Of a DNA stretch of 64,000 nucleotides, positions 57,401 to 64,000 are shown in pieces (positions within the stretch are counted from its first letter, which is position 1; each line of letters starts with the position of its first letter). The notes under the pieces were generated by a model. The model saw only the letters and a program-made list of their open reading frames with translations, made no database searches and was not told the DNA's origin. This stretch comes from an uncultured Gemmatimonadales bacterium (GTDB taxonomy: Bacteria > Gemmatimonadota > Gemmatimonadetes > Gemmatimonadales > Gemmatimonadaceae): positions 640,001 through 704,000 of the forward strand of contig CAWKNZ010000002.1 in assembly GCA_963851265.1 (NCBI GenBank), written 5' to 3'. The position numbers and the translations under genes are program-made.

Positions 57401-57798
57401 AGACGTTCACGCCCGGCAAGCCGGTCGACAAGGTCACGCCCGAGCCGACGGTCGGCCCCGGCGTCGGGGTCCCGGTGGCACTCGGGCAGCCCTGGTTCAC
57501 GGGCCTCGGCAGCGGCTTCGGCCCGGTCGCCTCGCAGTTCCTCGAGAGCGGCAGCTTCGCGAAGATCCGCGAACTCTCGGTGGCGTACACCTACAGCGGC
57601 GCGCAGCTCCGCCGCTACGTCGGTCTGAGCTCGATCGACTTCCGCGCGGCGGGCCGCAACCTGGCCGTGTTCACGAAGTACACGGGCGTCGATCCGGAGA
57701 CGAACCTCGGTGGCGCCGCCGTCGGTGTGAACGGCGTCGACTACTTCAACACGCCGCTGACGCGCTCGTTCGCGTTCACGGTGACCCTGAACCGCTGA
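54490..57798 (+). CDS. SusC/RagA-family TonB-dependent receptor (pair 4)
   Basis: Signal peptide ending AMAQ, PLFVVDG, DINPDDI..VEVLK.AAAAAIYGARASQGVILITTKKG and GVDPE. Confidence 0.93.
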   Translation: MQHQISRVVAIAVAGLAVPAIAMAQTAATITGRVTTAEGGQPIVAASVFITSLNVGATTNENGTYSFVVPGARVSGQTVTLSVRRVGYRTSSAQITLSGGTIRQDFTITGSAVQLGAVVVTGAGLSTTAERLGSVRTQVDTQAITRANEPNVTQALAAKAPGIVVSQQAGDPGASSKIVIRGLNTIQGAGNPLFVVDGTPINNETIATTGGTNVGGATVTPNRAYDINPDDIANVEVLKSAAAAAIYGARASQGVILITTKKGAAGQTRYSLRSTLTSDHVDRLPSLQQSFGQGTRGVTATCTTLDCAMPSTSWGAPIAAGTPTYDQARAIFANGSLFDNNLSVSGGGDRTQFFLSGSSSNQNGVIIGNNDTYRRQTVRLNATQRVSSQLSVSGNISYVDSRGSFIQRGSNVSGLTLGGWRTPPTFNNGYFIDSVSGLQRSYRFPNPSPGSAFHTRYYDNPDFVIYDQQNKQNVGRAFGNVNVSYNPLSWLSATYTLGSDYTSDERLEGLPWTSSTNPYGQITRGNYVTNIVDNLVNVQASHTLREGFETRFAVGAELNSQRYQQNQEFGSQLIANNLYALTNAIVVNPDVANGADFRSLIRRESYFAQLQQSLFTDLFGTFTVRNDGFSTFGQNNRRNWFPSGQLAYVFTNAFNARGFLNDGKLRLAYGQTGTEPQVYSTSGFYTGGYYSVGGYGDQLFSVQNGQGGLVVATRVPQPNLRPERQNELETGFDVGFLKNAADLSVTYYDRVARDVIFDAPLAPSSGFGLQAQNAAKIRNHGVEVALNIRPIRTKDTELTLGFQYAQNRNRVLQVLGSNFVQLPTGGYFSGSVAPVAQVGYALGAFQGQDFARCRYGQSNVVGSVDVNAVCTAAKAPNNALYLAANGLPIDDPTARIIGDPTPLWTGAFRPNLRFHKFTFSGLLDVRVGGQVWNGTKGALYNFGSSSDENIRATCATSSQSSCTGTTYIIGQTFTPGKPVDKVTPEPTVGPGVGVPVALGQPWFTGLGSGFGPVASQFLESGSFAKIRELSVAYTYSGAQLRRYVGLSSIDFRAAGRNLAVFTKYTGVDPETNLGGAAVGVNGVDYFNTPLTRSFAFTVTLNR

Positions 57799-57815
57799 CC
57801 GGTTTCGTGCCTCTC

Positions 57816-59249
57816 ATGCTGAACACGACCAAGGCCGCACGCACCGCGGCGGCAGGCGTTCTCGCCGCTGCGGCCCTCGCCGGGTGTAAGGACTTCCTGA
57901 CGAGCAATCAGGCGATCAACAACCCGAACCAGCCGACGGCCGCGACTTCGTTGCAGTCGCTGACGGCCGTCGAGACGAACCAGGAATCGCTGCAGACCGG
58001 TGACCCGGCGCGCATCATCACGATGTGGATGCAGCAGTTCTCGGGCACGCAGAACCAGTACGTGACCAACGCACAGTACAGCCTGACCGAGGACTTCACG
58101 AACGGCTACTGGGGCACCGTCTACCAGGGCGGCGGTCTCGTCGACATCCGCGCCGTCGAGAAGGCGAGCGACGCCGCCGGCGACAGCCTGACGAGTGGCG
58201 TGGCCCGCGTGGTCGAAGCGCTGTCGATCGGCACCGCCGCGGACTGGTGGGGCGACGTCCCGTACTCGACCGCGCTCGAGGTCGGGAAGCCGGCCTCGCT
58301 CGACTCGCAGGCGTCGGTCTACGCCGCCGTGCAGACGACGCTCGACCGCGCGATCGTCCAGCTGAGTTCCGGCAAGGGCAACGGCCCGAGCGCCGCGGAC
58401 GTCCTCTACGGCGGGAGCGCGGCGAAGTGGATCGCCGCGGCCAACACGATCAAGGCGCGCTTCTACCTGCACACGGCCGAGGCGAAGGGATCGGCTGCGG
58501 ATGGCACGCCGGCGTTCAACGCGACGGCGTACCAGAGCGCGCTCGCGGCCGCGCAGAAGGGAATCTCGTCGGCTGCGAACGACCTGCGCTCGTACCAGAG
58601 CACGAACACCAACGAGCAGAACCTCTGGTACCAGTTCACGGTCCTCTACCGCGCCGGGTACATCTCGCCGTCGGACTACTTCGTGAATCTCATGACGGCG
58701 CGGAGCGACCCGCGCCTCACCACGTACTTCACGCCGGGCAGCGGCACAACGCAGATCGTCGGCGCGCCGACGTCCAACGGTGTCGCGTCCAACGTCGCGC
58801 AGTTGAACGGTGGGGCGGCCAACCCGGGTGGTCAGGGCTACCGTCAGCCCATCGTCACGTACGCCGAGAACCAGATGATCATCGCCGAGGCGCAGTACCG
58901 ACTCGGCAACGCGAGTGCGGCGCTCACGGCCTACAACGCCGAACGGACGAGCGCCGGGCTCACCCCGCTCAGTGCTCTACCGAGCGGAGCGGCGGGGCTC
59001 AACGAGATCATGACCGAGAAGTACATCGCGCTCTTCCAGAACCCGGAAGTGTGGAGCGATTACCGGCGGACCTGCTTGCCCGCGCGTAGCCCGATCGCGA
59101 ACGGCCAGGGGCTCATCCCGGCCCGCTTCATCTACCCGCTGAGCGAGCACAATACCAACCCCAACATCCCGGCGCCGTCCGACCAGCCGGCACGGAACGC
59201 GAACGACCCGAACCCCTGCTCGGTGAACGGAGTACAAACGTCGAACTGA
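57816..59249 (+). CDS. SusD/RagB-family lipoprotein (pair 4, SusD-like_2 type)
   Basis: Lipobox LAGC, plus NPN.P, WGDVPYS, IMTEKYIALF and E.WSDYRRT. Confidence 0.9.
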   Translation: MLNTTKAARTAAAGVLAAAALAGCKDFLTSNQAINNPNQPTAATSLQSLTAVETNQESLQTGDPARIITMWMQQFSGTQNQYVTNAQYSLTEDFTNGYWGTVYQGGGLVDIRAVEKASDAAGDSLTSGVARVVEALSIGTAADWWGDVPYSTALEVGKPASLDSQASVYAAVQTTLDRAIVQLSSGKGNGPSAADVLYGGSAAKWIAAANTIKARFYLHTAEAKGSAADGTPAFNATAYQSALAAAQKGISSAANDLRSYQSTNTNEQNLWYQFTVLYRAGYISPSDYFVNLMTARSDPRLTTYFTPGSGTTQIVGAPTSNGVASNVAQLNGGAANPGGQGYRQPIVTYAENQMIIAEAQYRLGNASAALTAYNAERTSAGLTPLSALPSGAAGLNEIMTEKYIALFQNPEVWSDYRRTCLPARSPIANGQGLIPARFIYPLSEHNTNPNIPAPSDQPARNANDPNPCSVNGVQTSN

Positions 59250-59270
59250 GCCGCGGGCAGCTGGTCCGCG

Positions 59271-59318
59271 CGCGATTGGGCTCGGCTCCGCCTTGCGGGG
59301 GCGAGCCCAATCGCGTTT
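59271..59318 (+). terminator. Hairpin terminator after susD pair 4
   Basis: Stem cgcgattgggctcg/cgagcccaatcgcg followed by TTT. Confidence 0.6.
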
Positions 59319-59369
59319 CGGCGGCCGTCCCGGCCGCAACCTCCACGCCTTCCTCCCGTCGTGCCCTTC

Positions 59370-59840
59370 ATGCGTACCACCCCGCGTCGCGCGCGGGTGC
59401 GCCTACCGGCCGCTGCGGTCGCGACCGCGGCCGCGCTGAGCGCCTGCTACGAGTACACACCTCCGGTGACGAGCTCGCCGACGCCGGGGACCGAAGTCCG
59501 CCTGACGCTCACCGATGCGGGCAGTGTCGCGGCCGCATCGGCCGTCGGGCCGCACGTGGAGCTGGTCGATGGTCGGATCGGGAAGATCGACGCCGATTCG
59601 GTGGTCGTCATGGCGACCCAGACGACACAGCGTGGCGGGACCGAGAACCTGTGGAGCGGTGAACGCGTCTCGGTGCCGCGATCCAGCGTCGCGTCGCTCG
59701 GTGTGCGCCGGATCAGCGCGTCCCGGACCGCACTCGCCGCCGCGGTCGGCGTGGCGGTCGTCGTCGGGACCTTCGTCGGGTTCAAGATCGGGCAGGCCGG
59801 GACGAGCAACAACACCACGCAGGTCCCGACCCCCAAGTAG
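59370..59840 (+). CDS. Hypothetical lipoprotein with C-terminal hydrophobic helix
   Basis: Lipobox LSAC, a beta-rich core and the hydrophobic stretch AAAVGVAVVVGTFVGF. Confidence 0.7.
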   Translation: MRTTPRRARVRLPAAAVATAAALSACYEYTPPVTSSPTPGTEVRLTLTDAGSVAAASAVGPHVELVDGRIGKIDADSVVVMATQTTQRGGTENLWSGERVSVPRSSVASLGVRRISASRTALAAAVGVAVVVGTFVGFKIGQAGTSNNTTQVPTPK

Positions 59841-59890
59841 GCGCACGCGTCCTGGCCGGTGCTCCGGGCCGGCGCCGTCGGGCCGGTCGG

Positions 59891-60325
59891 CTACTGCACC
59901 GACAGCGACGAATCGACGACGCGCGGCTGCACGGTGAGGACGAGCCGTTCTCCCGCGTGCGGGACGACCGATTCGCTCAGGTACGATTCGCTGCCGGCCA
60001 GACGGACCGCCGCGACCGCGAGACCGCCGAGGTCGGAGGTGAACGTGTCGGGAATCTTGATCGTGGCGCGCGAGACTGCCGCGACGCTGCCGATGCGTAG
60101 GCGGAGCGTGCCGCGCACGGCGTAGATGATCACGTCGAAGCCGCTCCGGTTCTCGACCTGGAGGACGACGCGGTCGCGCGGCGCGCCGGTCGCGTTGCTG
60201 TCGGTCGCCGCGATCGTGGCCGGGCGGGCGGGGCCGGCCGGGCCGCCGTGCGCGCACGCGGCGGCGGCCACGGCGTGCGTCGTGAGCAGTGCGAGTCGAA
60301 CGGCGCGCGCGTGCTGACGGAACAT
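59891..60325 (-). CDS. Hypothetical lipoprotein (beta-sandwich-like)
   Basis: ATG 60325, AAAAC lipobox-like motif and VVLQVENRSGFDVIIYAV. Confidence 0.65.
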   Translation of the reverse strand: MFRQHARAVRLALLTTHAVAAAACAHGGPAGPARPATIAATDSNATGAPRDRVVLQVENRSGFDVIIYAVRGTLRLRIGSVAAVSRATIKIPDTFTSDLGGLAVAAVRLAGSESYLSESVVPHAGERLVLTVQPRVVDSSLSVQ

Positions 60326-60384
60326 GGGAGGATTCGGGCTGGGGCCCGGCACCGGGCCCGGTGGTGGGGCGCGACCGCCGGCCG

Positions 60385-61951
60385 TTAGGCGGGCGCGGGT
60401 GAGACGGCATCGCGCGGAAACAGCGCGGCCCCCTTCTGCACCTGCCACCCCGACGGATCGAGCGCGTCGAGCCCGGCGAAGCGCTGATCCGCCACGTCGC
60501 CCGGGCCGCCGAGCTGCGCCCACAGTTCGGCGGCTTTACCAGGCATCGCGGGCCACACGCACACCGCCGCAACCGCGAGCCGGCGTACCGCCGCGTGCAG
60601 CACCGCGTCCAACTCGGCCCCGCGCGCGGGATCCTTGGCCAACGTCCACGGCTGCCGCTCCTGCACCTCGGCGTTCGCCCGCGCGACCACGCGCCACAGC
60701 GCGGCGAGCGCCTCGTTGGGCACGTACCCGCGCGTGCCGTCCATGGCCGCGTGGTACGCCGCGAGATCGCCCGCGTCCGCGCCGCGCGTCGAGCCGAGCA
60801 CGACCGACGGCACGGCCGGCACCACGCCGCCGCGGTACTTCTCGACCATCGCGACGGTGCGGCTCGCGAGATTGCCGAACGCGTTGGCCAGGTCGGCGGT
60901 GTAGCGGTCGGCGAAGCGTTCCCACGAGAAGTTGCCGTCACCGTCGAACGGCACCTCGCGCAGCAGGAAGTAGCGGAAGGCGTCGGGCCCGTAGCGCGCG
61001 ACGGCCTCGTCGAGGTCGAGGGTGACGCCCGCACTCTTGCTGAACCGCTCGCCGCCCAACGACACGAATCCGTGCGCCCACACGCGCTCGGGGAGTGGCA
61101 GCCCCGCGGCCTCGAGCATCGCCGGCCAGATCACGCAGTGGAAGCGCGTGATGTCCTTGCCGATCACGTGCAGCTGCGCGGGCCAGCGCCCCTCGGGCGC
61201 CTCCCACGCGCCCTCCGGGAAGCCGGTCGACGTCAGGTAGTTGGGCAGCGCGTCGAACCACACGTAGGTCGCCTGCGTCTCGCCGTCGCTCGTGGGGCGC
61301 GGGAAGGGCACGCCCCAGGTGAGGCGCGCGCGACTCGCCGACACGTCCTCCAGGCCCTGCGCGAGGAGGCCGAGCAGTTCGTTGCGCCGGCTCTCGGGTT
61401 GGCAGAACTCGGGGTGGTCGCGGAGCAGGCGTTCGAGGAACGGCTGGTAGCGCGACAGGCGGAAGAACCAGTTCCGCTCGGCGGTCCACTCCAGGGTGCG
61501 CGTCGGGTGTAGCTCACAGCGCCCGTCGACGATCTCCTCGGCGGTCTTGAACGCTTCGCAGCCTACGCAGTACCAGCCTTCGTACGTGCGCTCGTAGAAG
61601 TCGTCGGGGTTGCGCGCGAAGATGCGTTCGACCAGGGCGCGAACGCCGCGCTGGTGCTGCGGCGCGGTGGTCCGCACGAACTGGTCGTACCGTACGTCGA
61701 GCGACGCCCAGGTGCGCTCGAACGTCGCCGCGACCTCGTCGACGAGCTGCTGCGCGGGAGATTCCGCGCGCCTCGGCCGCCTGCTGCACCTTCTGGCCGT
61801 GCTCATCCATCCCCATCGAGAAGTGCACGGCGCGCCCCGCGAGGCGGTGATAGCGGGCGATCGCGTCGGCGCCGACCTTCTCGAGGGCGTGGCCGAGGTG
61901 CGGGTCGCCGTTGGCGTAGTCGATCGCGGTCGTGATGTAGAACGGGCGCAT
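60385..61951 (-). CDS. metG: Methionine--tRNA ligase (short form), with an apparent +1 frameshift near 61757
   Basis: [17 protein letters not shown] (HIGH) lies in one frame; YCVGCE, YVWFDAL, IGKDI..FH and RFSKS lie in the next. Confidence 0.93.
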
Positions 61952-61956
61952 TCCGG

Positions 61957-63179
61957 TCACACGTCGGTATTGGGCCGGCCACCGCGGCGTCCGCCACGGC
62001 GTCCACGGCGGCGCGCGGCCGCTTCGTCGCGGACGTCCGCCGGACCCGCATCGGCCGCGCTCGCGTCCGGTGCGCTCGCGTCCGCGTGCGCTCGCGCTCG
62101 GCGGGAGTCGCATCCACCGGGCTCGTGTCTGCCGCGCTCGGCACGTCCGCCGGCGGATCGTCGCCTCGCACGACAACGGGTGCGGGCTCGACGCCCAGCT
62201 CCGACGTCGGATCGGCGACGATGCTCGCCGCCAACGTCACCGACGCGACGTCAACCGCGACGTCGACCGCGACGGTGTCGAGGTCGTCGGGCGCCGCGGC
62301 CGACGTCGCCTCGGCGACCTCGCGCCGCAACTCGTCGAGCGGCACGACGCGCGTCTCGCCGTCGAGCGCGCGGAGCGTCACGCGCTCGCGGAAGATGTCG
62401 GTGGCGATCACCTTCTCCTCGCCGCGCGCGGTGGCGAGCACGCGCCCCTCCTTGGGGAAGCGCTTGCGCTGCTGCACGTAGAACTCGTGCTCGTAGCGGA
62501 GCGAGCACATGAGCCGGCCGCACGCCCCGGAGATCTGGGTCGGGTTCAGCGACAGGCGCTGGTCCTTGGCGACCGTGAGGTTGACCGGCCGCAATTCGGG
62601 GAGCCAGGTGGCCGAGCAGTACTCGCGCCCGCAGCGGCCGACGCCCGAGAGGCGCTTGGCCTCGTCGCGCACGCCGATCTGTTTGAGCTCGATGCGGGCG
62701 CGGAACACGGCCGCGAGGTCGCGCACGAGCGCACGGAAGTCGACGCGCTTCTCCGCCGTGAAATAGAGCGTGAGCTTGCGGCGGTCCCACTGCCACTCGG
62801 CGTCGGTCAGCTTCATCGCGAGGTTGTGCGCGCGCACGCGCGCGATCGCGGTACGCCGGGCCTCGTCGTCGAGCGCCGGCAGTTCACCGGCGCGGGCCAC
62901 GTCGTCGCTGCTCGCCACGCGCAGCACGCGCTTGGTCGGCGCGGCCTCGCCGGTCGGCGTGCCCGCCGCGGCGCCGTCGACGACCAGCGCGAGCGCGCCG
63001 TGGGCGACGCCGGCGTAGCGCTTGGCGGCGAGCGCACCCGTGGCGTGCACGCGGCCGAGGTCCTCGCCGCGGTCGCCCTCGACGATGAGCGCCGTGCCGA
63101 CGCCCGGCGGGTCGTCGGCGGACCACGCGTAGAACTCCTTCCGGTTTCCCTTGAACGCGACTTCGACGAGGTGTGGCAT
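61957..63179 (-). CDS. PSP1-domain protein RicT/YaaT, with a frameshifted low-complexity tail
   Basis: Motifs [35 protein letters not shown] and [16 protein letters not shown] more natural tail ...[18 protein letters not shown] lies in another frame and ends at 61957. Confidence 0.88.
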
Positions 63180-63213
63180 CTCGTCGAAGGATAACCGCGC
63201 GAACGGTAGAGAC

Positions 63214-64000
63214 TTAGCCCGCGACGCGCCCCATCCGCAGGAACTTCTCGCGCCGGCGCCGGACGAGCTTCTCGGGCTTGTACCGCCGCAGGTCCTCGAG
63301 CTGCCGCACGAGGACCTCCTTCAGGCGGCCTGCCGTCGCCTCCGGATCGGCGTGCGCGCCGCCCGCGGGCTCGGGGACGATCTCGTCGATCACGCGCAGC
63401 TCGTACAGGTCGGGCGCGGTGATCTTGAGCGCGTCGGCCGCGCGGGCGCGGGTCTCGGGGCTCTTGCCGTCCTTCCAGAGGATGGCCGCGCACCCCTCGA
63501 TGGTGATCACCGAGTAGATGGCGTTCTCGAGCATCAGCACGCGGTCGGCCACGCCCAACGCGAGTGCGCCGCCCGATCCGCCCTCGCCGATCACGGTCGC
63601 GACGATCGGCACCGTGAGTCCGGCCATCTCGAGCAGGTTGCGCGCGATCGCCTCGCTCTGCCCGCGCTCCTCGGCACCCATGCCGGCCCACGCGCCCGGC
63701 GTGTCGATGAGGGTGACGACCGGCACCTCGAACTTCTCCGCCAGCTTGAGCAGCCGCAACGCCTTGCGATAGCCCTCCGGGTGGGCCATCCCGAAGTTGC
63801 GGCGCAGGTTCTCGCGCGTGTCGCGGCCGCGCTGGTGGCCGATGACCATCACGCTCTCGCCGTCGAGCCGCGCGAAGCCGCCGACGATCGCCTCGTCGTC
63901 GCGGAACGCGCGGTCGCCGTGCAGCTCCACCCAGTCGGTGAAGATCAGCCGGATGTAGTCGAGCGTGAACGGGCGCTTGGGGTGCCGCGCGACCTGCACG
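63214..64000 (-). CDS. accA: Acetyl-CoA carboxylase carboxyltransferase alpha subunit, 5' truncated by the window edge
   Basis: Motifs [34 protein letters not shown] and GEGGSGGAL. Confidence 0.97.
   Translation of the reverse strand, partial: VQVARHPKRPFTLDYIRLIFTDWVELHGDRAFRDDEAIVGGFARLDGESVMVIGHQRGRDTRENLRRNFGMAHPEGYRKALRLLKLAEKFEVPVVTLIDTPGAWAGMGAEERGQSEAIARNLLEMAGLTVPIVATVIGEGGSGGALALGVADRVLMLENAIYSVITIEGCAAILWKDGKSPETRARAADALKITAPDLYELRVIDEIVPEPAGGAHADPEATAGRLKEVLVRQLEDLRRYKPEKLVRRRREKFLRMGRVAG

Overview
A very GC-rich (roughly 70-75% by eye) stretch of core bacterial chromosome. Gene content and style suggest Gemmatimonadota (Gemmatirosa/Gemmatimonas-like); this is an inference. It holds housekeeping genes (mpg, tdh-kbl, mutM, an RlmI-like methyltransferase, mltG, ruvX, rho, a sigma-70 factor, atpAGDC, waaA, metG, accA), six tRNAs, four SusC/RagA-SusD/RagB transporter pairs, c-di-GMP turnover genes and a TPM-nucleotidyltransferase-LemA cluster. 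No integrase, transposase, prophage or CRISPR array is visible. The most unusual signals are: (1) a non-palindromic 8-mer, CGTTAGGC/GCCTAACG, found 12 times on both strands and written into core genes through otherwise rare TTA/CTA codons and stop codons; (2) a 23S-5S rRNA operon with its own promoters and no 16S; (3) an unexplained structured intergenic element at about 10.44-10.57 kb with adjacent direct repeats; (4) a 56-bp copy of internal susD sequence in the divergent promoter region of the neighbouring susC genes; (5) loop-less perfect palindromes in intergenic DNA. Several small frameshifts (a susD, the EAL gene, metG, ricT) probably reflect sequencing indels.
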